The translations under genes were made by a program, and so were the position numbers. A stretch of 64,000 bases of DNA from a virus: positions 1 through 64,000 of the IMG/VR virus record IMGVR_UViG_3300027896_000014; one strand, written 5' to 3'. Positions 1 to 9,481 of the stretch are shown in pieces. The notes beneath the pieces are model-generated. The model was not told where the DNA came from. It did no database searches and was given only the letters and a program-made list of their open reading frames with translations. Numbering within the stretch: position 1 is the first letter of the stretch; each line of letters starts with the position of its first letter.

Positions 1-45
1 TTTTGTTTCGTCTGAGTAAATTATACCAATCTTGACCATATTAAA

Positions 46-75
46 CTACCACCACCACCACCACCAATCATCCAT
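46..75 (-). CDS. Micro-ORF MDDWWWWWW (six tandem Trp codons), possible leader peptide
   Basis: AAGGAG 6 nt upstream of ATG; (TGG)6 then TAG; next ATG at 39. Confidence 0.4.
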   Translation of the reverse strand: MDDWWWWWW

Positions 76-99
76 AGATTACTCCTTTTTATTAATTTG

Positions 100-846
100 T
101 CAAGATTTTTTAAACTGACCCACTACCCGTTCCTGCGCAGCGTAGACCGGAATCCCTGTGGCTGCTTGTACCTCCTGTATCATGCATCGTTCGTCGGAAT
201 TGCCGTCTGATAGATGAAGCAAAAAAATTGACCGGCATTTTGAAAGGTCGTTGACCTTTAAAAAGGAGATTACGTTCTCTAAACTAAGATGAGAACGCCT
301 AACTCGGTGCCCAGCGACCGGTGGTAAAGCCCCACTAAGGACATTGTTCGTTAGAATATCAGCCTGGAAGTTGCACTCGATTGCAACTATCGTAATCCCC
401 TCGAATCTATTTTCGACGTAGGCGGTATCGGGTACGAATAGGAGGCGGTCATCCTTTTGGGCGATAAAAAATCCCAGGGGCTCCTCAGCGTCGTGTTCGA
501 GAGGGAAGGTTCTAATTACCCACCCAGACAGATCATATTTATGTTCCCACCCATCAATAATGTGATTACGATGGTGGAGGAGCACATCCAGCCGGTTTGC
601 AGTGCCTTGGCTCATCCAACAATCCACTCCCGCCTTGAGCAGATCCTTAACGGCCTTCGAATGGTCCCCATGCTCGTGAGAGACAAGACAGCCCCCGAGA
701 TCCGACAGGCTTATTCCGTACTCTCTCAATTTATCCCTCAATCGATTGATCGGAAGGCCAGCTTCGAGAAGGAGAGGAGCGGCGCCTTCGGATTGAAGGA
801 GATAGGCATTACCCCTTGAGGATGAGGCAAATGAAGTGAAGTTCAT
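100..846 (-). CDS. MBL-fold metallo-hydrolase (copy A)
   Basis: SSSRGN, SHEHGDH, HDA, PDT, ECN, HLS motifs; typical partner of phage RecT. Confidence 0.9.
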   Translation of the reverse strand: MNFTSFASSSRGNAYLLQSEGAAPLLLEAGLPINRLRDKLREYGISLSDLGGCLVSHEHGDHSKAVKDLLKAGVDCWMSQGTANRLDVLLHHRNHIIDGWEHKYDLSGWVIRTFPLEHDAEEPLGFFIAQKDDRLLFVPDTAYVENRFEGITIVAIECNFQADILTNNVLSGALPPVAGHRVRRSHLSLENVISFLKVNDLSKCRSIFLLHLSDGNSDERCMIQEVQAATGIPVYAAQERVVGQFKKS

Positions 847-1523
847 AATAAATTCTCAAATAAAATTCCTTGCCTATGCCTTTGGATTCCGGTCTCATAC
901 ATATTTGGATCGATCTCACATGAATCCCATTTAAGATTTAGCTCTCGGGCCGCTCGGCCGGTGGTGTCCGAACCGGCGAAGGGGTCAATGACGTATTCAT
1001 TTTTGAAAAACCAGTTTGATAAAATACCTTTCACTACTTTGGCCGGCCTGGCGCATGGATGTTGAGTATCCGGGTGACTATTAGTGGGCTTTATCCAAAT
1101 CTGCCTTTTGTTGAAGCCGTCAACCTTTCGATCCGGCCATGGGCTGCCGAACGGAGCGAAATAAATAATTGGGTCAAGAGAAGATTCAACTGTTGCGAGA
1201 TATCGGGGTGGCACATATTTACAAAAGATTATCCATCGGTATTCAAGGGCTTCAATAACTTTAATTGCGGGGCCGACGTGGCGCATTCCTAACCAAATTA
1301 AACATCGGCCATTTTGTTTCAATACTCTGGCAGCTTCATCCGTCATTCCTTTTAGTAGCTCGAGCCAATTTGACTGACCCTGAATGTGGATATCGGGTCT
1401 TCGATGGCCGGTCGAAGATTTAGAAATGCGGAGACCCCAGGGCGGATCTGTAAAAATCCCATCAACCGATTTATCGGGAAGAGATTTCAAAAACTCAATT
1501 CCGTCCATAAGCCGATAAGTCAT
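843..1523 (-). CDS. N6-adenine/N4-cytosine DNA methyltransferase (beta class)
   Basis: TDPPW catalytic motif, HPC, DPFAGS SAM-binding motif. Confidence 0.85.
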   Translation of the reverse strand: MTYRLMDGIEFLKSLPDKSVDGIFTDPPWGLRISKSSTGHRRPDIHIQGQSNWLELLKGMTDEAARVLKQNGRCLIWLGMRHVGPAIKVIEALEYRWIIFCKYVPPRYLATVESSLDPIIYFAPFGSPWPDRKVDGFNKRQIWIKPTNSHPDTQHPCARPAKVVKGILSNWFFKNEYVIDPFAGSDTTGRAARELNLKWDSCEIDPNMYETGIQRHRQGILFENLL

Positions 1524-1533
1524 TAGATATTCC

Positions 1534-2523
1534 TCAGAATCCTGGCGCCCTTTTTTCTCCCAAAACCATCCCTTTTTTCAGGAGAGCCGCCTGCTCTTCC
1601 TCTGGAGAAGGTAAATCATTGTTTGGCACGACTTCCGGCTTCTTCGTCTCTTCTGGTTCTCCCTGTGCCACCTTCCCCGATTCCTCCGGTATCATGATCA
1701 CTGATCCCTTGTTTGCCTTATCCTCGATCTCCATCTGAACCGCAGCCTCATCGGCCAATTCTTCTGCTCGGTTGATTCTCTCCAAGAGCAGGGCATTGTC
1801 ACTGCTGGCATTGATGATGAACTTTGCTACCTTGTTGATAACCGTTCTCAAGGCCATGTCCCGGGCAAACTTCCCGTGAGTGCTGGATGCCTTAAGTTCC
1901 CCTTTATCATCAAATGGGGTCGCCGAAGACATCTTCCAGGCCTGATGAATTTCTTCAATGGTCATGATTTCGGTCTTGATCGGGTCTCCCTTCTCGTCGA
2001 GCGCCATAACGTAGGCTGCTATAATTTTTAGCTTGTCAATGTTCTCAAGGCTCTGAACGTGCTCGATCACGGATTTCTTGCCGTTATGAATCCCGAAGGA
2101 GAATTTATCCCCCTCGTAAACCACATCGTAACCCCAATCCTTAATTGCGGGATTCACCATTTCAGCCACGGCCATGGATCCGAAATAGGAGCGACGACAA
2201 GTGAGGATTTTTCCATACACGATAAAGTAGCATTGCTTCTTGCCGGGGTTGAGTCCCTGGACTACCATGTCAAGGACGGCATTGGCAATGCTGGCCTTCG
2301 TACAAACTCCCGTCAGCTTGCCATCGGTCATAACTGGATTCTTATCTTTATCCTGGACGGTATTCAGGGTAAGATATGCTGACTTCAAGGCATTATCCAA
2401 GCTGTAGTTCCTTGGTAGATCAAGTTGTCCAGATTTCAGGAATTCGTTAACCTTCTCGCTCACAATATCCACGACGGATTTTTCTGGCACTGCGGTAACC
2501 TTCTTTTCTGCTGCTGTTGTCAT
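1534..2523 (-). CDS. recT: RecT-family single-strand annealing recombinase (copy A)
   Basis: MVVQGLNPGKKQCYFIVYG, SYFG and MALRTVIN motifs. Confidence 0.9.
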   Translation of the reverse strand: MTTAAEKKVTAVPEKSVVDIVSEKVNEFLKSGQLDLPRNYSLDNALKSAYLTLNTVQDKDKNPVMTDGKLTGVCTKASIANAVLDMVVQGLNPGKKQCYFIVYGKILTCRRSYFGSMAVAEMVNPAIKDWGYDVVYEGDKFSFGIHNGKKSVIEHVQSLENIDKLKIIAAYVMALDEKGDPIKTEIMTIEEIHQAWKMSSATPFDDKGELKASSTHGKFARDMALRTVINKVAKFIINASSDNALLLERINRAEELADEAAVQMEIEDKANKGSVIMIPEESGKVAQGEPEETKKPEVVPNNDLPSPEEEQAALLKKGMVLGEKRAPGF

Positions 2524-2528
2524 AATTG

Positions 2529-3101
2529 TTATCTCCTTTCGTTAAATAGGTTTAATTGTTCCAATTCCTTAATTCTTGCCTGTAATTGTTGGATCTGTTT
2601 TAGTCTGCCGTCATGTAGTCCCTTTGTGTAGCCAGCCCTATAGCCTTTCCCATGTTCATGAATATGATAACCAATTTCGGTGAGTTCAAGATTTTCAATT
2701 CTGTTGTCATCCCTTATTCCGTTCTTATGATGAACAATCTCTTTTGGTTTTAAGCAGCGACCAATATATTTAGCCATAACCAAGCGATGTTCAAGGACGT
2801 AACCTCTGACAGCCATTGGATAATAGAAATCGCCTGAATAAACTTTCGTTTTTATGTAGCCATCCAGTTCTTTAAGACGACCGCCTTTCCAATTTGGGTG
2901 CGCTATCCCAACAGGATTTTTATATTTTTTGTTCTTCCCAGCGCAACTACAACATAAAGTTTTGTTTGGTTTCTGTCTTATTAAATTAACCCATCTTTCT
3001 TTTCCGCAATCTTCGCAGGCGTGCCAGATATAACCATTTCCGTAATTTCGCCCTATCTCTCGACCTCTTTTTATCTCACCGAGTATTGGCATGCTTACCA
3101 A
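2529..3101 (-). CDS. HNH endonuclease with N-terminal zinc ribbon (copy A)
   Basis: EHRLVMA, VHHKNGIRDDNRIENL; CxxC pairs. Confidence 0.9.
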   Translation of the reverse strand: MVSMPILGEIKRGREIGRNYGNGYIWHACEDCGKERWVNLIRQKPNKTLCCSCAGKNKKYKNPVGIAHPNWKGGRLKELDGYIKTKVYSGDFYYPMAVRGYVLEHRLVMAKYIGRCLKPKEIVHHKNGIRDDNRIENLELTEIGYHIHEHGKGYRAGYTKGLHDGRLKQIQQLQARIKELEQLNLFNERR

Positions 3102-5061
3102 CCTCCGTTTCGACTCTAAGGGTGGTGTCCTTTGGGGACACGTAGAGAGAAATCACCTGCCCTGGCATTTCGGGAATTTCAGTACAACTTTCCCGATTAT
3201 CAATGAAAATCGGAGCACGTAATCCATAAAATTGTTGTAGAGTCTTTATAATATCCATTCCAGATTGTGTTCTGGCCGCCGAATTTAAACCCGAGTTGTA
3301 GCCTACTCCTCCAACAGTAATTTCACAGCAGTCAGAAATTCCGCCATTTACTTGGACGTCAAATAATTTGAATTTTGTAAACTCGAACTTTCCGTTAATC
3401 CGATCAGTGAGCATGGAGACCTTTGCTTTTATGAATTGGTCCATAAGGTATAACTCGCTTTCCAGTTTTTCAAATTCGGCTGAGAGCTTTTTCTCTTCGG
3501 TCTTCAATTCCTCAATCCGCTTCTCTCCCTGTTCTCTTCCAAGAAACCTGTCAATTTTGGCCTTTTCAAATCCGTAGTGGGCCTGATGCTCCCTGATCTC
3601 TCCCTGAATCTTCTCAATATCCTGCGCCTTGCCTTCCCTTTCGGCCTTGATTTCATCATTAAGGGATTCTATCTCGTCCAAGAGATCGGCGTGGTGGAGA
3701 ATCCCAGAGAAGTCTTCGGATGATTGTTTGAGGGCGTTTCGTTCCTCGGTGACAGATTTCAGCTTGGTCTCGGCCTCGGAAATCGACGAGGAGATGATTT
3801 CACGCTCTTTTTTAAGGGCGTCTATTTCCTCTGCAAGGCGATCCCTCTGTTCTTTCAGGTCATGGCCCCTCCGGTTGATCTCACCTAACCCCTCGGCTTT
3901 GTCTTCATTGAAGGCAGATAGAGCCTTTTCCCTTGCACTCTGAACCCGGTCCGCTGGGAGTGCCTGACCGCAAGATGGGCAGGTGCCTGAAGTCGTGTCT
4001 TTGAATACCCTTGCGTCCATGGCCATCCACTGGTTGCGTATTCGGGTAAGCTCGGCATCCGTGCGTTGAATCTGTGCCTCTTTTTGTTTCAAATCTTCGT
4101 CTATGGCCTGCACTCTCCTATGCGAACCATTCGCCTTGGCCTCTACTTCAGAAATCTGTTGATTAAGACGATTCAGGGTGGAGAGCGATCCGGACCTGTG
4201 GGTATCTTCCATCTTTCGGAGGTCCGCATTGAGACCGGAAAGCTTGGTTGTCAGGGTCCCGACATTACCCCCCGTATTGACCCCCTGTAGCCTCAATTTC
4301 GCATCGTTCAGGGCAGTTTCAAGCCTCTGAGCCTCCGTTTCTGATGCCTTTCTGTCTATGCCAGTAACATCTGGAATTCCACGGCGTACCTCATCGATCC
4401 TTACCGGAATCCTCTCCATTTCCTTGTTAATCTCTGATCGGCGAGCCGTCACTATCTTTCGGTGATCATCGAGGGTGTGTTTTCCGAGAATGACAATGAG
4501 AGGAGATAGTTTCTCATCTGATGCAATTACATCGGCATCTGAGATATCACCACAGACTTCAAGTAAAAGGGCTCGCTGTTTCTGCCAATGGAGTGCCGGG
4601 AAGACTGAAGGTGAAGTAAGAAGGCGAAATCTTTCTTCTGCTCCAGTCATTTCATCAATGAAGGCTTTGTATTCTTTTTCGGTTTTTGGGATTGAATTGA
4701 TAAAGTGCTGTGTGGAATGACCGCTAAACTCTGCCTGTGCATGCCCCCTGGTCTTAATCCATTTTTCTCTAAATATCTTTTTTAGACCTATCTCTTCTCC
4801 CTCTATAAGCAGAATTGCTTCGACCGAATGATCAATACCTCTTTCAGCCACATTGCCATCAGCATCCAGATTTTTAATAGAAAAATCCGCACGGCCAAGA
4901 GCGTCTTTTCCAAAAAGTAACCAAGTGAATCCGCTTAACAATCTGGTCTTACCGGAAGTGTTCATACCATGGATGAATGTATCCTTACCCTCTGCGTTCA
5001 ATTCAAAAGTTCCTCCCTGAAAATCTTTGAGCTTCAATTTAAGGAGTTGTATGTTTTTCAA
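3076..5061 (-). CDS. SbcC/Rad50-like AAA ATPase
   Basis: Walker A GMNTSGKT, long coiled coil with CPSCGQ zinc hook, IFIDNRES Walker B-like motif. Confidence 0.9.
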   Translation of the reverse strand: MKNIQLLKLKLKDFQGGTFELNAEGKDTFIHGMNTSGKTRLLSGFTWLLFGKDALGRADFSIKNLDADGNVAERGIDHSVEAILLIEGEEIGLKKIFREKWIKTRGHAQAEFSGHSTQHFINSIPKTEKEYKAFIDEMTGAEERFRLLTSPSVFPALHWQKQRALLLEVCGDISDADVIASDEKLSPLIVILGKHTLDDHRKIVTARRSEINKEMERIPVRIDEVRRGIPDVTGIDRKASETEAQRLETALNDAKLRLQGVNTGGNVGTLTTKLSGLNADLRKMEDTHRSGSLSTLNRLNQQISEVEAKANGSHRRVQAIDEDLKQKEAQIQRTDAELTRIRNQWMAMDARVFKDTTSGTCPSCGQALPADRVQSAREKALSAFNEDKAEGLGEINRRGHDLKEQRDRLAEEIDALKKEREIISSSISEAETKLKSVTEERNALKQSSEDFSGILHHADLLDEIESLNDEIKAEREGKAQDIEKIQGEIREHQAHYGFEKAKIDRFLGREQGEKRIEELKTEEKKLSAEFEKLESELYLMDQFIKAKVSMLTDRINGKFEFTKFKLFDVQVNGGISDCCEITVGGVGYNSGLNSAARTQSGMDIIKTLQQFYGLRAPIFIDNRESCTEIPEMPGQVISLYVSPKDTTLRVETEVGKHANTR

Positions 5062-5707
5062 TTGATCCTCCTTTGTGAATATCGCTTGGTAAAAGAGTCA
5101 GCGAGTCCTTAATGGACCAACCGATTTTCAAGCGATATCGTATAAGACTGGTGTCAATTCCCATTATTTCGCTCCATTCTACGAGTGTTTTGGTTTCACC
5201 ATTAAAAGTTATCATATGATTTGTTCGTTTATTCCTGGCCTGAACTGCTAACGGAATCCAAGTACAATTATCAGGAAAGTATCCTTCATTGTTATCCTTA
5301 CGCTCAATGGTCATCTCATCTGTGTATCCTTTACCATGTGCCCAACTTCGAAACGTAAGATAATTTACTCTCCATTTTTCATAGACCCTGATTCCTCTTC
5401 CCCCATATCGATCATAGTGTGAAGAATTAGGATCTGTGCATCGTTGAATCATTCCACGCCACAATCCATAAAGACGCTCTTTTTTGGAATATCCATGCTT
5501 CCAGTTTTTCTTTGCGACTAACTCTTTTCGTAAACACCCACAGCTCATAGTATTGCCATTTTTTAGGCTTCCGATTACTACGGTGACATGGTTCCCACAA
5601 TCGCAGACACATAACCATGTTGACTGTCTGTGGAATGTTAAACCAGCAAAAGAAATCACCACTAACCTTCCGAATCTCTGACTTGTCAAATCTGTGAATT
5701 TACCCAC
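5039..5707 (-). CDS. Homing-endonuclease-like protein (HNH-related)
   Basis: QRFGRLVV, CVCDCG, SCGC, YGGRGI, TIERKDN..Y.PDNC.W..QARN. Confidence 0.8.
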   Translation of the reverse strand: MGKFTDLTSQRFGRLVVISFAGLTFHRQSTWLCVCDCGNHVTVVIGSLKNGNTMSCGCLRKELVAKKNWKHGYSKKERLYGLWRGMIQRCTDPNSSHYDRYGGRGIRVYEKWRVNYLTFRSWAHGKGYTDEMTIERKDNNEGYFPDNCTWIPLAVQARNKRTNHMITFNGETKTLVEWSEIMGIDTSLIRYRLKIGWSIKDSLTLLPSDIHKGGSIEKHTTP

Positions 5708-5878
5708 GAGTTCCCCCTTTCCCTCATTCCTTCCTATATCCCAGCATCCACATGCCGAGCTTCACGAATCCCCAGGTGATTAGAAAGGCACCCATAAAGG
5801 CGCTCACATAGATTGACATTATGAAAGCACCTTCCATACCTGACTCTTGTAAAGCTGGATCAAGATACATGGCCTCCC

Positions 5879-6243
5879 TCACTTTTTCCTTGGCTTCTTT
5901 TTCCTTCCTGCCATAAATGCCAGATATAATCTATCTTCCAAATATATGATTGCAGTTGGAAGTTCCTTTGAGCATGACCGTCCTTCTTTACTTTCAATCC
6001 ATTTTTTCCAAGCGATTACATCGGGGGGTTTTTTCATGGCATACCTCACTTTTTCCATTTGTGAAGATTCATATCCCAATGCTTTAATTCTCGTTTAAGA
6101 TCATCAAGAACAGATTCGCTTAGACATAAATTCTTTACATTGTTCCTTGCAAATTGCTCAATGGCACTTCCCGCTACTCGCCTTCCCTGGTAAATTATTT
6201 CTGCTCCTTGTTTCATCCCTTCAATTATTTCATCGTACGTCAT
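5879..6243 (-). CDS. Two small hypothetical early proteins
   Basis: ORFs 5879-6079 and 6046-6243 on the operon strand with GAGG-type RBS. Confidence 0.55.
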
Positions 6244-6665
6244 GGCCTACCTCCTCAAACTCCTCCCAGGCCTCCTTATGAATCTTCCAAGATTCCTCAG
6301 CCTCCTTCGCTGATTTCTCTAAGGCGACAATGCGAATCCACTCGCAGCAAGAACAGAACAGTAGTAATTCACCGTTGAACATCGTTGCTCGAAGTGCGTG
6401 CATTACCCCTCCTTGGGTTCTGCCTCTTCTTCTTTGACAGCTTCAAGATATTCTTTCCAAGTTAGATATCCTTTTTCTAATTGCCTTTTTTCCCAAAGTT
6501 TCATCTCATTCCTCCGTGGGTTCTGCCTTGGAGATGGCTTGACAAATATCTTCATAAATATTTCCCAATGGCAATAACTCTGGGCTTAAACTTAGACCTA
6601 AAATGTAAGCCCTTGCTTCTTTCCACGGCCCTGGTGTATGTTTCATTTTCATTCTCCCTCCTCCC

Positions 6666-6915
6666 ATAAAGGATGCCGAAGAATTCTGTCAGATTTGCGT
6701 CTAACTTGGGCTCACATCTTGTCTTGCGACACGTCGGAAAGTTTCCTCAAGAGCTATTCGCCAATGAGGGTCAAGTGCCGGGACTGCCCTATCCCGGAGT
6801 GCCCTTCCGATCAGATGCTCTTTTCAGCTTGAACCCGCTCGAGGCGGGGTGGCTGAAACCATCTCTCGTTCAAAATGTCGGCGCTTATCATATAAGATTC
6901 CTCGGCATCCTTTAT
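6666..6915 (-). ncRNA. Candidate structured RNA element of about 250 nt closed by a 19-bp helix
   Basis: ATAAAGGATGCCGAGGAAT pairs with ATTCTTCGGCATCCTTTAT (one G-U, minus strand only); internal stems and a GCAA tetraloop. Confidence 0.5.
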
Positions 6916-7006
6916 CATATCCCTCGTTTATAATATCGGCACTTATCATAAGAGCCAAACATAACGCCAGCAGGATAACGTAAGCGATTGCGATTAGACA
7001 GAGCAT
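6824..7006 (-). CDS. Small membrane protein
   Basis: N-terminal hydrophobic helix; start abuts the upstream stop codon. Confidence 0.5.
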   Translation of the reverse strand: MLCLIAIAYVILLALCLALMISADIINEGYDKGCRGILYDKRRHFEREMVSATPPRAGSS

Positions 7007-7471
7007 TTAGTCCACCCGATCCTTCCTTTCCTTCATGTAGCCCTTTGCGTCAGCATCGGGAAGGTCTTCTTCCTTCATGTAGCTTGTCGGATCTGGAAGA
7101 ACACTCGCCAGATCAATGGGAGCCTTCTTATCGAATAAGCTCTCCTGCCTCTCTTCTGAAGTCATCGCCCGCTCTCGAACCAATTCAAACGTATCTAAGC
7201 GAACCGTTCGAATGGTGTTGGTTTGGAAGTCTTTATCGATCCGGCACTCGATATTTCGCATCTCGAAACCGGACTGATATTTGGTCACCGCAGAAGTCAG
7301 TTCTGCATCAACCTTGGCAATATCTGATTCGAGTTGCTTCTTAATGGATTTGAGGTCTCCCTCCAATTCAGCCCTTTTAGATAAACAGTAGGCCATTTTC
7401 TCGGCCTCTTTTCTCATTTCCCCTTCTGTCAATGGATATTTCAGATATTCTTTAATGATTTCTTCTGGCAT
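7007..7471 (-). CDS. Hypothetical coiled-coil early protein
   Basis: Strong RBS GGGAGG, 154 aa. Confidence 0.7.
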   Translation of the reverse strand: MPEEIIKEYLKYPLTEGEMRKEAEKMAYCLSKRAELEGDLKSIKKQLESDIAKVDAELTSAVTKYQSGFEMRNIECRIDKDFQTNTIRTVRLDTFELVRERAMTSEERQESLFDKKAPIDLASVLPDPTSYMKEEDLPDADAKGYMKERKDRVD

Positions 7472-7524
7472 GAAATTTCCTCCCTTTCAGTAATATACTT
7501 CTGGTAATATACTTGAAGGTTGAT

Positions 7525-7719
7525 TTAGACTTCCGCTTCTCCTGTTGTCGGCGGCACTGGACTCTTGGCCTTCCTCGTCCTGATCGGCTTGGGCGCTGAT
7601 GGGAAAACTACGTCGCCTATGACTATGTGAGTTTTCAATAAATCAATGGCGTCCTTGATCTGTTTCATTCCCCCCTTCAATTTTTTGTTCACATCTTTGT
7701 AAGGAATCGTCTTTGTCAT
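7525..7719 (-). CDS. Hypothetical protein
   Basis: AGGAGG RBS, operon strand. Confidence 0.6.
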   Translation of the reverse strand: MTKTIPYKDVNKKLKGGMKQIKDAIDLLKTHIVIGDVVFPSAPKPIRTRKAKSPVPPTTGEAEV

Positions 7720-7735
7720 TATGGATTCACCTCCT

Positions 7736-8056
7736 TTACACTTTTATTTGTAATAGTTCCTTCATCCCAGCAATCATCTTCCTCGTCTTAAGCAGCTCCC
7801 TCACTGCGAGATCAAGCTCCTGTTTCTGCCGAGCATTGATTGTCCTCTCCCTTCTAAGATCCGCATCTCGAAAGAACTCTCTCTCATCCATGGACTTCTG
7901 GATATCGACCCTGAATCGATCAATGGCCTGTTCAATCGCATCCTCCCGTTTGAATGCCGTCTGTAATACTTCTTTTGCAGTTTCCATCATGGGCACCTCC
8001 TTTCTTTTGAGTTCAATAAATTCGATCATGGCGCTGTCAAGTCCTGGGAGATTCAT
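7736..8056 (-). CDS. Hypothetical coiled-coil protein
   Basis: Operon strand, helical composition. Confidence 0.6.
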   Translation of the reverse strand: MNLPGLDSAMIEFIELKRKEVPMMETAKEVLQTAFKREDAIEQAIDRFRVDIQKSMDEREFFRDADLRRERTINARQKQELDLAVRELLKTRKMIAGMKELLQIKV

Positions 8057-8167
8057 TTTATCCCCAATAGGGGCATAGACCCTTGTTTTTATGGTCCACG
8101 CTTGTCAGGTTGCCCTGTGGCGAGTTTTTATCTGCTGGTGCGGGAGAATGGGTTAGTGTTTTCATTA

Positions 8168-8557
8168 TTAAAATCCTATACTAAGTCTTTCTTGAACTTC
8201 TTCCATTTCAGTTTTGAAGAATCCCATAGCCTTTAATTCTTTTAGGGTGTGTCCGTATAATTTTTTGTATTTTGAGGTATGAGGCTTTGCGAATTTCAAA
8301 TTGCAACTGTGGCAGCAAGCAGTAAGATTTTCTCTTGAATGATTGTGTTTAGATAGGTCTTTATGGTGGATTTGTTTTGTGTACTTTCCGCAATAATGGC
8401 AAGTGTAATTTTCTTCTTTTAAAACTCGTTTACGCATTAGCTTCATTTCGTAATGATTTGGATATTCGGCAATCCCGCCCTTCCAATTTACGTTTCGTTC
8501 TCCGGCGCAACCACCACGGGGACCAAGAGGTCTTCTATCTGTGGTTTTGATTTCCAT
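8168..8557 (-). CDS. HNH endonuclease
   Basis: CHYCG, IHHKD, NLTACCHSCN. Confidence 0.85.
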   Translation of the reverse strand: MEIKTTDRRPLGPRGGCAGERNVNWKGGIAEYPNHYEMKLMRKRVLKEENYTCHYCGKYTKQIHHKDLSKHNHSRENLTACCHSCNLKFAKPHTSKYKKLYGHTLKELKAMGFFKTEMEEVQERLSIGF

Positions 8558-8563
8558 GATGCT

Positions 8564-8591
8564 ATTATACGAAAAATTAGTATTTTGTCAA
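8564..8591 (-). promoter_or_regulatory. Leftward sigma70 promoter (pL-like) overlapping operator ATAC-N9-GTAT at 8567-8583
   Basis: TTGACA-16 bp-TATAAT consensus. Confidence 0.85.
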
Positions 8592-8641
8592 TAGGGTAAT
8601 AAAAAATAAATAAAAATAATTGGAATAGAAATTGCAGTGGA

Positions 8642-8890
8642 TTAGGATTTTTTAGGTGGGTCTTGTCCTAAAAGAAGCCATTCGATACGGTAATCAAAAC
8701 GGTCACAAATTTCCTGAAGAAAATCTAAGTCGTGGGTTTTATTACGGTTCTTTTCGTAATCTCTCCATGTATTATAGGGTATTTGCAGAACCTTTTCTGC
8801 AAATCTTTTCTGCGATCCTCGGCTACTTCCAGAAACTTCTTTTCTAATTTTTATGAGTCTGATGGCAATTTTTTCTTTCGGAAATCCCAT
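8642..8890 (-). CDS. XRE-family HTH repressor (CI-like, about 82 aa, no peptidase domain)
   Basis: SQKRFAEKVLQIPYNTWRDYE...IEWLLLG; start re-called at ATG 8890 (RBS GAGGGG). Confidence 0.8.
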   Translation of the reverse strand: MGFPKEKIAIRLIKIRKEVSGSSRGSQKRFAEKVLQIPYNTWRDYEKNRNKTHDLDFLQEICDRFDYRIEWLLLGQDPPKKS

Positions 8891-8898
8891 TTCCCCTC

Positions 8899-8926
8899 TT
8901 GACAGGATACGAAAAATGTGTATAAT
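8899..8926 (+). promoter_or_regulatory. Rightward sigma70 promoter (pR-like) overlapping operator ATAC-N9-GTAT at 8907-8923
   Basis: TTGACA-16 bp-TATAAT consensus. Confidence 0.85.
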
Positions 8927-8936
8927 GAAACCTATT

Positions 8937-9197
8937 ATGATTTCAAAAATTCCATGTTCAAAAAGAAAAGCAGAGAAATTGAAAGCTGTGATAATCGAAA
9001 GAAAGATAATCCAATATCGGATGGCGGATGACATTGGCATGGCACCCCAAGCACTTTCAGACATTCTTTCCGGTCGTTTGAAGGGTTGGAAATATAGACA
9101 CCGGATCTCCCAATATCTCGGCGTCCCCGAAGAAACTTTGTTCCCTGACGATGTGGAGCAGTCATCGTGCCAAGCTCATAGCGAACAAAGCCAATAA
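8937..9197 (+). CDS. Cro-like HTH regulator
   Basis: QYRMADDIGMAPQALSDILSGR...ISQYLGVPEETLF; divergent from repressor; start re-called downstream of promoter. Confidence 0.8.
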   Translation: MISKIPCSKRKAEKLKAVIIERKIIQYRMADDIGMAPQALSDILSGRLKGWKYRHRISQYLGVPEETLFPDDVEQSSCQAHSEQSQ

Positions 9198-9259
9198 CGC
9201 TTTTGTAAGGTGAAGTAAAAAGGCAGTATGAAAATATATCAAAAATCCCACAATTTGTG

Positions 9260-9481
9260 TCACTTCCCAAACTCTTCAAATACTGAAACTCCTGAAACTC
9301 GTACTCGGTATTCTCGTCTGCCTTCGAGCCGAGTTATTTCACTGGTTAAATGGTCCAATTTGTAACAGTACCCGAATTCACTGTTTGTTGGAATTATTGA
9401 GTAGCGGAAAAAGAATAAAATTATTAGAAGGCTTAGAAAATAAATAATGGTTAAGTACGCTAAAAGTATAGGTTTTTTCAT
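9260..9481 (-). CDS. Small membrane protein (moron-like)
   Basis: N-terminal TM helix, AT-rich, antisense to surrounding operon. Confidence 0.55.
   Translation of the reverse strand: MKKPILLAYLTIIYFLSLLIILFFFRYSIIPTNSEFGYCYKLDHLTSEITRLEGRREYRVRVSGVSVFEEFGK

Noticed and set aside
6680-6760. c-di-GMP-I riboswitch or hammerhead ribozyme (GACGCAAA, CUGAU and GAAA words)
   Set aside because: The remaining consensus elements and spacing do not match.
7490-7514. Direct repeat GTAATATACTT x2
   Set aside because: Short, AT-rich and not noticed elsewhere; insufficient to call an operator.
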